This document shows positions 12,713 to 25,181 of a stretch of 44,401 nt of DNA, in pieces. The DNA comes from Chiloscyllium plagiosum. Taxonomy: Eukaryota. The stretch covers positions 42,521,338 through 42,565,738 of the forward strand of contig NC_057718.1 of NCBI RefSeq assembly GCF_004010195.1. Direction: 5' to 3'. The notes beneath the pieces are model-generated. The model had not been told where the DNA came from. It saw only the letters and a program-made list of their open reading frames with translations, and made no database searches. A program made the translations under genes and the position numbers. How positions within the stretch are numbered: the stretch's first letter is position 1; each line of letters starts with the position of its first letter.

Positions 12713-14115
12713 CACACACAGACGGTGGGGTCTGGGATATTTGTTGTATATTATGGAGGGATGGTAAAGTAAAGGGAAACAATAAAGTCATAGACAAGGG
12801 CTGCAATTTGGGTAATGATTACCAGAGGGTGACAAGAATATTTAATTGTAAGAGTGCACCAAAAAAATAAAGTGAGGGATTACAAAACATGGTTTTAAAA
12901 ACACAGATTTAAGTTTGCTTTAAACTCAAATGAAGGTATCTCTTACGTTATGTAGTTGGAACTGGCTAAGGTGAACTGGGAAGCTCAGTTAAAAGGGAGA
13001 GTAGTAGACTTGACATGGCAATTTTTTAAAGAGATATTGAACAACCCTTAGCAAAACATTACCACAGGAGAAAGAAAGGCTGTTTGAGAAACGTGCCACG
13101 CGTAAACAAGTTGAAAGCTGGTATTAAATTGAAAATACCACAATACATATCTGCAAATCTGTGCAGTACGTCAGAAGACTGGACAGTCTTTAAAAAGCAG
13201 CAAATAATGACTGAAAAGTAAATAAGGGGCAAAAAGTGGAGTATAAAAGAAAGTTAGTTGTAAAATTTAAAAAAGTAAGAGTTTTGACACATATATTTGA
13301 GTCGGAAAAGAGTAACTAAAGCTCGCATTGATCCTTGAGAGAAAGAGACTTCATTCAGAACCTTCCCAAAAAATTTGAATATCAAAGTGTAATAAGGAAG
13401 GATAAACATAAAACAATGATCGTTGCCAGGGAAAAAGTGCTGGTAAAACTGCCGAACCTGAAAGTTGAAAATGCCCAGAATCAAACAGCCTACATTCTAG
13501 AGTTTTAAAAGGACTAGTGGTGTAGATAGCAAGTGCACTAGTTATAAATTTGCACAATGCCCTTAGACATTGAAAGTACTCCATCACATTCTAAAATAAT
13601 AAACAGCTATTATTTAAGAAAGTAAAGAGGCAAACAGCAGGAAACTGAAGGTCATCTGTTAAGAGAAGGTACTGGAATCCTGCACTGACGTTACAGCAGG
13701 ATTCTTAGAAAATCACGATTTGATCAGACAGAGCCAACATAGTTTTATGAAAGGGAAATCTTGTTTAACTAATCTATTAGAGTTTTTTGACAAGGTCATT
13801 GAGAGAAAGGGGTGTCGATAGATATGGTGTCCTTGGATTTCAAAAAGGCTTTTGGTTGCGTGTCACCTCAAAGGTTGCTGCACAAGATAAGAGCACATGG
13901 CGTGGGGGCGGAGTGCGGAGGTGACATATTAGCATGGATAAAGGATCGGTTAACTAATAGGATGCAGAAAGTAGGGATAAATGGTCTTTTTCAGGTTGGC
14001 AAGCTGTCAGCAGTGGAGTGCCACAAATATCAGTTCTAGGTTTTCAACTATTTACAATCAATATCAACAAATGTATGGTAACTAAGTTTGCCAATGACAC
14101 CACAATAGCTGGGAA

Positions 14116-14276
14116 AGTTGTCAATATGTGATAGAGAGCCTGCAGAAAAAAATGGGCAGATGAATTTTAATGTGGGTGAGTGTGAACTTGTCCAGTTGTC
14201 AATATGTGATAGAGAGAGCCTGTAGAAAAAATGGGCAGATGGATTATAATGTGGGTGAGTGTGAACTTGTCCAGTT
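14116..14276 (+). repeat. Tandem duplication of a ~78-bp unit inside the CR1
   Basis: agttgtcaatatgtgatagagag...gtgtgaacttgtcc occurs at 14116-14193 and again at 14194-14272 with a few differences. AGTT microhomology lies at the junctions. Confidence 0.95.
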
Positions 14277-14863
14277 TGGCAGGAAAAGTACTGAAGCAGT
14301 TGACTATTTAAATCGAGCGAAATTGAAGAACTCGCTGGCTAGAAGTTTCTGAGCGTCCTGGTACATGAATCACAGAAATTTAGTATGTAGGTACAGCAAG
14401 TGATTAGGAAGGCAGATGCAAGTGAAATGGAATATAAAAATAGGTGACTTTTTTTTACTGCAGCTGTACATGGCTGCTGAGAACACGTCTAGAGTACTAT
14501 TTAGTTTCAGCCGTCAAATTTGAGAAAAAAAAAGTATAATTGCTGTCTAAGCAGTTCAGAGAAAGTTCACTCGACTCATTCCTGAGGTGAAAGAGAATCC
14601 TTTGAAACAAGCTTGAACATGTAAGGCCTACCCCCTTTGGAGTTTAGAAGAATGAGAGGTGATCTCTTTAAAACATGTAGCGTCTTGAGGGGTTAGGATA
14701 TGGTGGATACTCAAGACATTTCCACTTGTGGGTGAAACTAAAATTAGAGGGCAATGTTTAAGAATAAGACATAATCTTTTCAGGCAGAGATGAGGAAACT
14801 TTTTTTCTCTGAGACTTATTGCTGTTTGGAATTCTCTTTCTCAGAAAATAGAGGAGGCTTTGT

Positions 14864-15215
14864 GAGCGGCACGGTGGCACAGTGGTTAGCACTGCTGCCT
14901 CACAGCGCCAGAGACCCGGGTTCAGTTCCCGCCTCAGGCGACTGACTGTGTGGAGTTTGCACATTCTCCCCGTGTCTACGTGGGTTTCCTCCGGGTGCTC
15001 CGGTTTCCTCCCACAATCCAAAAATGTGCAGGTTAGGTGAATTGGCCATGCTAAATTGCCCGTAGTGTTAGATGCAGGGGTAAATGTAGGGGTGAGGGGT
15101 ATGGGTATGGGTGGGTGCGCTTCGGCGGGTCGGTGTGGACTGGTTGGGCCGAAGGGCCTGTTTCCACACTGTAAGTAATCTAATCTAATCTAATCTAATC
15201 TAATCTAAAAAAAAA
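14864..15215 (+). mobile_element. Full-length, young HE1 SINE (tRNA-derived V-SINE) with (TAATC)n tail
   Basis: A box tggcacagtgg, B box ggttcagttcc, V-domain gtgtggagtttgcacattctccccgtgtc...ggtttcctccgggtgctccggtttcctcccac, HER1-like tail gggccgaagggcctgtttccacactgta, and taatc repeats. CpGs are retained. Confidence 0.95.
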
Positions 15216-15439
15216 GCTTCATCTTTAAAACTATTCAAGACTAAGTTCGGGAGAGTTTTGATTGACAAGTGAATTAATGCTTATGAGGTGAGGACAGGAA
15301 AGTGGAGCTACGAAACAACCAAATCAGCCAGGATCCTACTAATAGGGGAGAAGGCTCAAAAGTCCAAATGGCCTGATCCTATTCCTAAGTCCCATGTTCA
15401 TATGTCAAGAATCAGCTCAAAGCACTGAATGCATAGTGG

Positions 15440-16480
15440 TTCATGGCTTATGACAACGTTCTGTCTGTAGTTTTGAAGACTTGTACTCTAGATCTAATAA
15501 CACCCCTTGCCAAAGTTGAGATACAACTTTGGCATCTACCTGACAATAGTGAAATTAGTTTAAGTATTTCCTGTACATAAAAAGCAGGATAAATTCAATC
15601 TGGTCACACTCTAGTTGCAGTCACCAGTGGTGATGGATAATAACATTGACAGTGCTATCAAACAGCACTAATCAATAACTTGCCCAGCAGTATGTGTTTT
15701 GGTTTCACCAGAGTCACTCAACTTTAGATTTCATTGCACCCACCGGCCAAACATGGACACCAAGCTGAATCTCTGAGACAAAGTGAGAGTGACTGCCTTT
15801 GTTATGAAGGATGCATTTAGCTCAGTGGGGCATCAAGCAGCCCTAACAATATTGAAGTCAGTGTGATTTGGGGAAAACTCTTCACTTGTTGGAAGCCCAA
15901 AGCTTGTGGTTGTTGGAGGCCAACCATCTCAGTCCCTAACCACCTTGCTAGGTGTCCCTGACAGTAATGTTCAAGGCCCACTGATCTTCAGCTACTTTAT
16001 CAATGACCTTCCCTCCATTACAAGGTTTGATTGTAGTGTACAGCTACATTCCATCTATTTTTGTTTCACATCTATGCAGAACTTCAAGGTGGTTCATGGG
16101 TTATGACAACATTATACCTGGAGGATGGAAGACGTATGTAGCTGCAATAACATTCAAGAGGCTAGACATCTGCCAGGAAAAAAATAATTTTCTTGATTGA
16201 CAACCTATAAACCACTTGAAATGTTTACCACCATTGTTTAAGGGCTGTGCACTGTTGATAAAGATGCATGTAACAATTCAGCAGGCTTCCTTCAAACTTG
16301 TCTTCCAAACTCATAGCCTCTACCTCCTTCATTATCAATAAATCAAAAATTCCTGGAACTCCTCACTAACAGGAGTCTGAATGTATCTACAACACATGGC
16401 AGTTCAAGACAGTGACATAATATCATCAATAGTGAAAATACTGATCTTTGCAGCAATGCTAATGTCTCATGAACAAATTG
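15440..16480 (+). mobile_element. Degenerate LINE family B RT/3' fragment
   Basis: ORF 15906: VVGGQPSQ...GVPDSNVQGPLIFSYFINDLPSI. It aligns by eye with 8170-9600. Confidence 0.75.
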
Positions 16481-16579
16481 TAAAAATGGCTGTATTACAG
16501 TTGATAGAATTTCAGTCATACAACCACATACTCACCAACAGATGAGTTTTATATTTCTGTGAATCATAGTGTCAACCTT

Positions 16580-17315
16580 GCTTTAGTAGTAACAACAGTT
16601 TTTCTCTCACCTATAAGGCAGAATTTTAAGCTCAATTCCAGAGGCTTGAGCATATGATCTAGGCTGGTATTAATGCAGAAGAGATGACATACTGCAATGT
16701 TGGTGATGCTGCTGTTTTTCAGATGCAATGTTAAACTGAGACCCCTATCTGTTCAAAAATTCAGGGGAGCTTTTCTGGTGTTTACACTAATGTTTATCAT
16801 TCAACCATCATCCAAAATAGCTGATCTGATCTAATTGCTGTTTGTGGCATTTTGCAGTTTTTTTTTGTTATTCTTTCATGTGATGTGAGCATTGCTGACA
16901 AGGCTAAATGTGTTGGGCTGGGTGTTTGATTTATTTTTTGTGAGTCAACCACATTGGTTTGATTGTGGAGTCACATGTAGTTGGAACCAGTAAGGATGGC
17001 AGATTTCCTTCCCTGAAGGGCATTAGTGAACCAGATGGGTTTTTGCATTGGATGATATGGTCACTATAACTGTGACAAACTTTATAATGCCAGATGTAAT
17101 AATTGAATTTAGATTCCAGTAGCTGCGCTGGTGGGATTTGACCTGTGTCCTCAGAACATTAGCCGAGGTCTGTGGTTTTCTAAGTCAGTGACAGTCACCA
17201 TATCTCATACGTTTTTCATGCATCACAATATTGACTCCATTTCAAAAGTACTTAAAAATAGTGTTTTGAGTCATGCTGAGTTCAGAAATGATATTGTATA
17301 TATGTAAGTTCTTTC
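16580..17315 (+). mobile_element. Deu-domain SINE (SacSINE1-like), split by a younger SINE at 16860-17205
   Basis: ccagaggcttgagcatatgatctaggctg...cagatgcaatgttaaactgagaccc...ttgctgtttgtggcattttgc, resuming after the insert with catttcaaaagtactt...tatatatgtaagttctttc. Confidence 0.7.
16860..17205 (-). mobile_element. tRNA-head SINE sharing its head/core and 3' tail with LINE family B (MetaSINE-like, tentative)
   Basis: Core gagtcaaccacatt...gtggagtcacatgtag...aggatggcagatttccttccctgaagggcattagtgaaccagatgggtttt; B-box complement ggatttgacc. Confidence 0.8.
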
Positions 17316-18091
17316 AATTTTAAAATCTCCTATTTTTGTTTTGTATTGAAAGTGTTGAATATACTCATAAAACGCATCTCAGGGAGAAAAATAAAATAGC
17401 TGGGATCATCCTGGCCACTTGCCAACTTTCTAGTTACTAATGCAGGCTTTATGTGGTGAAATATATTTTCATTTGGCTAATAACCTGGTGAAAAAGTACT
17501 GTGTCACAGCATCATTGTATTTAATGGGTTGACTGATGAACTTCAAATCTGGCTAATAAATTTTCTGACTGGCTAATTTTATGACTAGTAATGAAAAAGA
17601 TCTGTCCTCAAGTGGAAATATAAAACTAAGAGGGGAATGTCTTATAGTGTAGAATGCAAGAACTTGTCTTTTTTTTTAAATAATCATGAGTTTCCTTTTC
17701 ACCTTTGTGAACTGTATTCAGTTACAGCTCACTTGTGTAGGAAACTTTGTTATCTTGTTATTATTTCTCTCATTGCTATTTCTATTAGTTAAGGTAGGTT
17801 TGCTCTTTGATAATCCATTTCTCAAAGGGCTTATGTCTATGATGCAATTCTGTTTATACATAACCTGGTGGCCCATATTTAATGTTTGTACTTGCATAGA
17901 TAAGCATGAAAATCAGAAATTTGCTCTTTGAATTGTCCCTCCCCAAGCTTTGCCACTCTGGTACTTCAAGATGAGAGATTTCAAATCCATGGAAAGGTGC
18001 GAATTTGTTTAATAAAACATGATAACTATCCATTAAGTATGTCAAGAAACAATAGGGTTTATCCATTCAATGAAAGTAATTTTTTAACAGC

Positions 18092-18703
18092 CATAGAGTC
18101 ATAAAGATGTACAGCATGGAAACAAACCCTGCAGTCCAAATCGTCCATGCCGACCAGATATCCTAAGTAAATCTAGTCCGATTTGTCAGCATTTGGCCCA
18201 TATCCCTCTAAACCCTTTTTATTCGTATACCCTTCCATATGGCTTTTAAATTATGTAATTGTACCAGCCACCACCACTTCCTCTGGCAGCTCATTCCATA
18301 TACACACCACCCTCTGTGTGAAAATGTTACCCCTTAGGTCCCTTTTAAATCTTTCCCCTCTCACCTTAAACCTGTACCCTCTAGTTTTGGACTCCGCCAC
18401 CCAAGGAAAGACCTTGTCTATTTACATTTCCATGCAACTCATGATTTTATAAGCCTCTAAGAGGTAACACGACATTCGCCGACACTCCAGGGAAAACAGC
18501 CCCGGTCTATTAAGCCTCTCCCTATAGCTCCAACTCTGGCAACATCCTTGTAAATCTTTTCTGAACCCTTTCAATTTTCACAACATCCTTCCAATAGCAG
18601 GGACGCTGGAATTGCATGCAGTGTTCCAAAAGTGGCCGAACCAATGCTCTGTACAGCGGCAACATGACCTCCTAACTCCTTTACTCCATGCGCTGACCAA
18701 TAA
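18092..18703 (-). mobile_element. HER1/CR1 LINE 3' end
   Basis: catagagtcataaagatgtacagcatggaaacaaaccc tail, closely matching 33205-33810 and 42838-43420. Confidence 0.92.
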
Positions 18704-18964
18704 GTTCAAAAAACTTAAATGATTGCCAAGCAACATCTAACATTGAAAACTAATTTATAAAAGTCTGAAGTCTGATTCTTGGATTTTAATTGCTGTTAAC
18801 TTTGAGACTTCCTTTTAACCTTTTCTTTCTGTCTTTTTTTAATCTCTCCGTCTTAGTCGTATCTTTCTTTTCTTTATTTTGCTTTACCTATTTTGACATG
18901 GAATTAAGTATAATAATTGATATCTGCTATTTTAGACTCTGCATGACTCAGTAAGGAATTTTTA

Positions 18965-20690
18965 AAAATTCCTTCATGGGATGTAGGCATCGCTGGCTGG
19001 GTCAGCACTTATTCCCCATGTCTAGTTGCCCTTGAGAAGATGGATGTAAGCTGCCTTCTTGTACTAATACGGTCCATTTATTGTACATACTCCTCAATGC
19101 TGATGGGGAAGAAGTTCCAGAATTTTGACCCAGTGACACTGTTGGCAATATATTTCCAAGTCAGGATTGCTTGGAAGGGAAATTGCAGGTGCTATTGTTC
19201 TTTGGTATTTGCTGCCCTTGTCCTTTAAGATAGTAGTGGTGGTGGGTTAGGAAGATGCTGTCTAAAGAGTCTTGGTGAATCTCTGCAGTGCATCTTGTGG
19301 TTGGTACATAATGCTGTTGCTGAGAATTGGCGGCAGAATGTGTGAATGGTACCACATCCATAAACAATCACGCAGGCTGCTTTGTCCTGGATGGTTTCAA
19401 ACTTCCAGAGTGGTGTTGGAGCTGCACTCATCCAGGCAAATGGGGAATATTTAATCACACTCCTGATTGATGCCTTTTAGATGGTGGACAGGCTTTGGGG
19501 AGTCAGGTGATTTAACTCACCACAGAATACCTCGTGTCTGACTTGCTCTTACAAGCCATTATGTCTATATATCTAGTCACGTTCATTTTCTAGTCAATGG
19601 TAACTCCAAGGAAATTGATAGTCAGGAATTCTCAATAATAACATTGTCAGAAGTCACATGACACCAGGTTACAGTCCAAATATGTTTATTTGAAAACACA
19701 AGCTTTTGGATCACTGCTCTTTCATCAGGTCAGGTGGAGGGAAATACACAGACACTGAATATAAAGGTGAAGAGATAATGGCAAGATAATTGCAGATAAT
19801 TCAGAGTGTCAACAGCTAAGTACAAATTATGTAAGTGAAATGTCAATAGGCTGAATAACAAGTATTTGCAGGTGATCAAAAGTGTCAAACAGCTGATTAG
19901 CAAGTGAAGGGATGATCTATGAACCAATTAATTAAGACAGATAAGAACCTCCACATCACAATAGTGCCATTGAATGTGAAGCAGTAATGGTTAGATTCTG
20001 TTTTGTCAGAGATGATCCTTGCCTGTGAGGCATGAATGTTACTTGCCATTTGGCAGCCGAAATATTGATATTGTCATGGTTTTGGTGAATTTGGATGTGG
20101 ACTGCTTCACTATCTGAGTAGTTGTAAAATGATGAACATTGCGCAATCATCAGGAAACATCTTCATTTATAACTTTTTGCTGGAGGGAAGGTCATTGATG
20201 AAGCAGCTGAAGATGGTTAGACCTAGGGCACTATCCTGAGGGAGTCTTGCAGAAATGTTCTAGAACTGAGATGATTGACCTCCAGCTACCACAACCACCA
20301 CCTTTGTGCCATGTATGACTCCAACCAACAGAGAGTATTCCTTCTGCATCTGATTGACACCAATTTTCTTTGGACTCATCAATGTTGCACTCAGTCAAAT
20401 GTGCCCTTGATGTCAAGTGCGATCACTTTCATCTCACCTCTGGAATGGAGTTCTTTTGTCTATGTTTGAACCAAAGCTGTAATGAGATCAGGAGCTGAGA
20501 TGTCCTCATGGAAATTAAACTGGGCATCGATGAGAATGGGCTAAGCAAGTGCTGCTTGATAGCACTGTTGATGATACCTTCCATCACTTCTCTGATAATT
20601 GAGAGTCGACTGATGGGACAATAATTGGTTCGGTTGGGATTTTGCTGTTTTTTTGAATACAGGACATACCTGGGTAACCTGGTACCTCCA
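18965..20690 (-). mobile_element. LINE family B RT/3' fragment, interrupted by a Penelope piece
   Basis: Tail complement tgggatgtaggcatcgctggctgggtcagcacttatt. Minus ORF KYSPFAWMSAAPTPLWKFETIQDKAA. Confidence 0.85.
19648..19940 (-). mobile_element. Penelope-like pseudo-LTR fragment with a decayed hammerhead motif
   Basis: agaagtcacatgacaccaggttacagtcc...tttatttg...caagcttttggatcactgctctttcatcaggt; the reverse complement reads cctgatgaaagagcagtgatccaaaagc. Confidence 0.75.
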
Positions 20691-20996
20691 GTACCAGAAA
20701 AAAAAACACGTTAGCTAGCAAACGTTTCTCAGTGGAAGTGTAAAAAGCTCGCATTATGCATTCACCGCCGACCATAAAATTTGAGCCATTGGCTGCATAT
20801 GAGTTGAGGCAGGAGGAATGTTGCTCTGAGGTTAAAAATGTAAGCTTACTTGATGCAGAGAACTGTCAGAATACAATGTGTGGATATTTTATTATGTGGC
20901 TACCTGGAGGTAAGCGGGGATTGTTTTCCTTAGCTCAGAAAGTACAGGTGAAATTTAGTAGTGTCATTAAAAATCATGAAGAATTTGAGAGTTCAT

Positions 20997-21318
20997 AATT
21001 CTTTAATGGGATGTGGGTATCTCAACCTTTTGCCCATTCTTAATGAACTGAGTGGTTTGTTTGGAGGGAAGCTAACAGTAAATTACATTGCTGTGGATCT
21101 GGAGTTACATATAGGCCAGACCAGAAAAGGATGGCAGAATTCTTTCTTGAGGGATGTTAGTGATCCAGGTGGATGTTTAAAATGATACGTTCTTGTTACT
21201 ACTACTAGGACTAGCCTGATATTCCGAATTTAAATTCCTCCAATGCATGTCTTCAAATTATTCTTCTATCTTTCCAGATTACTAATCTGGTAACATTTCC
21301 ACACCATTGTCTCCCCAT
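20997..21318 (-). mobile_element. tRNA-head SINE related to LINE family B
   Basis: gggatgtgggtatc...tacattgctgtggatctggagttacatataggccagaccagaaaaggatggcagaattc, the same core as 16860 and 30872. Confidence 0.75.
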
Positions 21319-21447
21319 CAGTAAATGAAGAGTACATAATGATAAACGTTTTCTCTACTGTGTAGCAATCACTTTAACTTTTTAAATTGTGAACAATTTG
21401 GGGGAAAACAAAGATGCTATTTTAAACCAAAGAACTTTGGAAGTAGA

Positions 21448-22358
21448 TGTTGCAATTTTTCAAAAGAACAAGTTACCAGAATGCATTGTATGTCATCTGT
21501 ACAAGTTGGCTTTATTCAAGTAGTGGGCAAAGACATGAGGCTCCTCAGCTCCATGGTTCTGGGGTCAGGACAGGCTGCTAAGTGACAAACTTTTGTTTGT
21601 TTTTCCAGTCAGGATCACTTGTATATGGTCAAGACTACTCAATATATTAGCATCGTATCGATGGATTCCTTGAGTGTCCTACAGGTTTTTGTTTAGACAA
21701 AACAGCAGAAATATCCAACCTGTGAAGAAGCAAACAGCTCTAGTTTCCTCTTGAGGAAGTAAAGGAACTGCATCTCTTTCTCTCTCTTTTTCTTGAAGCT
21801 CCCTTCTTGAAAAGGGGAAAAAAGAAAGCCTTGTACAGTGAAAGGGACATTAAAAGGGCGAATCCTCAACCAGTGAATGAAAAGTTGACAATCGGTGTGT
21901 CCAAAACCTTGCTCCTCCTCAAAGTTGGGAGGAGCCAGAAGAAAATTGGAGGAAAAATAATCTTGTCATTTGTAATCCAGATTGGTGCCAGACTGGTTTA
22001 TTTGTTCTCAACCCACTCAGAATATTTGTGTTGTCATTTCTCTTTGTCTATCTGTTTGTAGATGTATGGGATTTTGTTTTTAAAGAAGGGTGAAATTTGG
22101 CTGTTTAGCTAAGGGTGAATACCTATTAAACTATAAACTATAGGGAATTATAAGTAAGTAATTTGTGTTTTCTATTTGCCATTAATTAAAAGTTATCTGT
22201 TTGCAATAAATAGTGGTTTTCCAGTCAGGTACAGATGAGATTTGTCAATCATGTAAATTGGGGCTTTAGATAGTTTGATTAAATCTTTTAACATTTGTGA
22301 TGATTCTGGGGAATAGTGGAGTTTTATTTCTAGCTAATTATCCCAGTGAGTTGTGACA
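21448..22358 (+). mobile_element. Probable solo LTR
   Basis: Begins TGTTGCAA and ends TTGTGACA (imperfect terminal inverted repeat, TG..CA). It is ~910 bp with AATAAA near 22205. No convincing target-site duplication. Confidence 0.4.
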
Positions 22359-22555
22359 ACTGGTGGAAGGGTCAGTAACCATAGAGTGAGAATTAATATA
22401 TCTTGCAAAGGAGATACAGGTGAGATAAAAGGATTTTCTTTAAAGCAGCAAGTTGTTTAATCTGGAAATCACTGCCTGATAGGGTAGTGGAGGCAGATTC
22501 AGTAGTATCTTCCAAAAGCATGTTGGATAAATGAATGAATAGACTGAATGTTGCA
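22359..22555 (+). mobile_element. CR1 3' fragment
   Basis: ggaagggtcagtaacc...tctggaaatcactgcctgatagggtagtggaggcagattc (W.SLPDRVVEA). Confidence 0.75.
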
Positions 22556-22734
22556 TGGCTTTAGAGAAAGAGATTAATCCAGAACCTGTTTCAAAGAGCT
22601 GGCAGAAGAAAGATGGACAAATGAACTTCTGTTTTGCAGCAGTTATAGTCCTGCACCTTGGATGGAATTGTCTTAATTTTTGTTTTATAAATGCAGTGGA
22701 TGAGCATGTTAGATGGCAACTTAATCATCACTGC

Positions 22735-22975
22735 CATCCAATCCACTGGAATTTCATTATTAAAGTCGCTCATTATGAAAATCTTCTCCAAACCCCCTCA
22801 ATTTCGCTAGAAGTGCTATCAAAGCTGATGAGTTCATCATCAATAAAGTGAATCTCATATTGAGAGGAACATTTTTGTCAATTTGCACTCATTTATTTTG
22901 AGGCATGGTTGCTTTTTAATATATCGAATCCATACTTGAGCTAAATCACAAGTTATCTTAAATGTATACTGAATT
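22735..22975. repeat. Diverged direct repeat, copy 1 (copy 2 at 24404-24635)
   Basis: aatccactggaatttcattatt...ctcattatgaaaatcttctccaaacccc...gaagtgctatcaaagctgatgagttca...tcaataaagt...gaacatttttgtcaa...gctaaatcacaagttatctta is collinear with copy 2. Confidence 0.85.
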
Positions 22976-24403
22976 CAAATATGTAAACTTAACTTATCAG
23001 TTGTGGCAGTTGGAAACTGCTCTACCTCCACCCCCACCCACGCACCCAGCCGGAAGACAGGACCTTGTCTCTGTGGAAAACTAGTCATCTTTCTCTACCA
23101 CCACAGAGCCTTTTAATCAGGGAGGTGATGAGCTGAAGTCAATTTTTGACCACTCAAACGCCTTAATTGCTGGCAAGCCAAGAAAGTACCCATTGGATGT
23201 TCTTGCCAAGAAATTAATTGTTGAGGTGGTGAGAAGGGTTTACGTCTTTTTCCAAGGCCAGCTTGACCCATTATTTCTTCACTTGTCACCTTTCTGACCA
23301 TCTCAAGGGAGGTAAAATTCTGCCCCTTGTCTTTTTTCTGTTTCATTTCACATGGTTGTAAACCTAGAATTGGGAAAATGCATTTTACCACAAAATTATT
23401 ATGACTGCATTTGAAATAATTTGTTAAAATACTGAAAAGGGTAAGAAACACAATTGCTTGTGTGTTGAGTTCTAAAAACTCATTGGGATTGATATATAAA
23501 CACTTTGATTAGGTTTGTGTATGCATAAAAACTTGATTCAATTGAAGAAATAAAATGTGCAATATCACTGTACATTAAAGAATGTGGCATCTACAATCTT
23601 TAACAGAACTGTAATGTGTGAGAATTAATTTGACAGCTGCTTTGTGAGGTTTGAGGTAGTGGAAACTTTTTTTTTCATGAGACTCAACTGTCACTGTGCC
23701 ACAACATATCAGCTTTCAGAGCTGGCTCTCCATGTAACATGGCGAGAATTCAAGTAACCACATGGGAATGGCATCTGAGGGTCAGCAGACATTGTTTCAT
23801 TTTATTACGATGCAGCTAAAATTACCTCCTAACAGATAAACTTCCTGTTTGCATGCTGAGGCTAGATCTTTCGGATCATTTTTCTCTTCACTTAAACACT
23901 TTGATTTTCAAAAGTGATTTATTGCTGAATGAAAGCACATGGACATCACCGTTCACTCACTGATCCAACATTTATTTATACAACAGATATGCCAGTATGT
24001 AGTTTCTCCTAATTTTAACAACCTTAATTAGTATGATAGTTATTTCTGGAAGACATACGTATTTATTTTAAAGACCCTTTCTGAAACAATGTGTGAAAGG
24101 TAGCTGTGTTGTTAAAAATGAACGTATTTTAGATTTTAAGATTGCATTTCTGAAAATAGTCTGAAATTATGGAAGCATATCTGAAATTGAAAAGTTACTT
24201 TTGTAGCTTAACAGAACTGTTAGCCATGTCCCTAAACCAGGAAAGGAACTTTATTCACATAGCTATTGTCTAATCAAAGTAACCTTTGACAATCAAGGAG
24301 TTAAAATTGTCTCCCAATCTATCTTGATAATCATCTTACAAAGATCCAAGGAGTTTCCTTTAATGAAATCAATACCAAAGGCTTTAGCTTTGACAGGTGC
24401 TGT

Positions 24404-24635
24404 GAATCCAGTGGAATCTCATTATTGCAAGCCTCTCATTACGAAAAACTTCCCCAAACACCCTCTCTTGATTTTGGTGGAAGTGCCATCAAAGCTTATG
24501 AGGAGTTCAACCTCAATAAAGTTAATACATTACTGAAATGAACATCTTTGTCAACCCCTCAATGAGACACTTACTTTTCTGTTTAAAAAGTCAATTTTTG
24601 GGCTAAATTACAAGTTGTCTTATGTATATTGAATA
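24404..24635. repeat. Diverged direct repeat, copy 2
   Basis: aatccagtggaatctcattatt...ctcattacgaaaaacttccccaaacacc...gaagtgccatcaaagcttatgaggagttca...tcaataaagt...gaacatctttgtcaa...gctaaattacaagttgtctta. Confidence 0.85.
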
Positions 24636-25112
24636 TTACATATACAATTATAATTCAAGTTATTATCTTAATGTGTCAAATGCATATTACTTTTCAAAAC
24701 TAGTTCTAAATATGGTTAGTTGCTATGATGCAAGTGATGTGATTACAATATGTTTAGTTTTTTTGACATTTTGTAATATACTAAGTCATATAATTTCATT
24801 TTTTATACTTCACTGCTACCATAATATTTGGCATAAAACTGCTTAGTACAGTCATACTGAAATCATGCCAGAATGTTAATATGAGACTACCAAGACATTG
24901 ATTTAATGATGGAATCATTTCAAAAGATATTTTGAATTTAATCCTTTATAAACAAAATATAATAATAAAATTGAGTCAGTAAGAAAATTATTTAAAAAGC
25001 AAAACAATTGACTTGCAATATTCAAATGCTTTTTGTTTTTTTTCTTTCATTTGCATTTCTTTTTGCTATATGTTCAAATTTTATGAATGCATATTTGTAT
25101 AAACCCTTTTAG

Positions 25113-25181
25113 CTACAGTGCGTTCAGCAATAGATAAACTTGCCACTGATGGTACTGAAATGCAAGCGCTTTGCATCAAGG
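25113..25181 (+). CDS. Candidate 69-nt internal exon, phase 1-1: (A/T)TVRSAIDKLATDGTEMQALCIK
   Basis: Acceptor aaacccttttag| after a long T-rich tract, and donor AAGG|gtaaaa. Only one frame is open. GC is clearly higher than in the flanks, and it lies in a ~3 kb island free of recognisable transposons. Confidence 0.65.

Larger units (their letters stand above)
12720..15405 (+). mobile_element. Old CR1 LINE ORF2 and 3' UTR, heavily decayed, interrupted by an HE1 SINE
   Basis: IRQSQHSFMKGKSCLTNLLEFFD (~13720-13790), DMVSLDFKKAF...LLHKIRAHG (ORF 13812), TKFANDTT, and tail aaatggcctgatcctattcctaagtcccatgttc. Confidence 0.9.

Noticed and set aside
14864..14940. tRNA gene
   Set aside because: The A/B boxes belong to the HE1 SINE head and continue into the V-domain and tail.
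15176..15207. (TAATC)n and, at 44315, (GATTA)n arrays as CRISPR or telomere-like repeats
   Set aside because: These are simple SINE 3' tails with no spacers, in a eukaryotic context.
22824..22870. CTGATGAG followed by a weak stem as a hammerhead or C/D snoRNA
   Set aside because: There is no GAAA after stem II, no clear box D or terminal stem, and the motif is absent from the second repeat copy.
23000..23326. GC-richer block ending aaaattctgccc, and a similar end aaaatttgagcc near 20785, as MITE termini
   Set aside because: Only one terminus is visible in each case and no matching inverted repeat was found.
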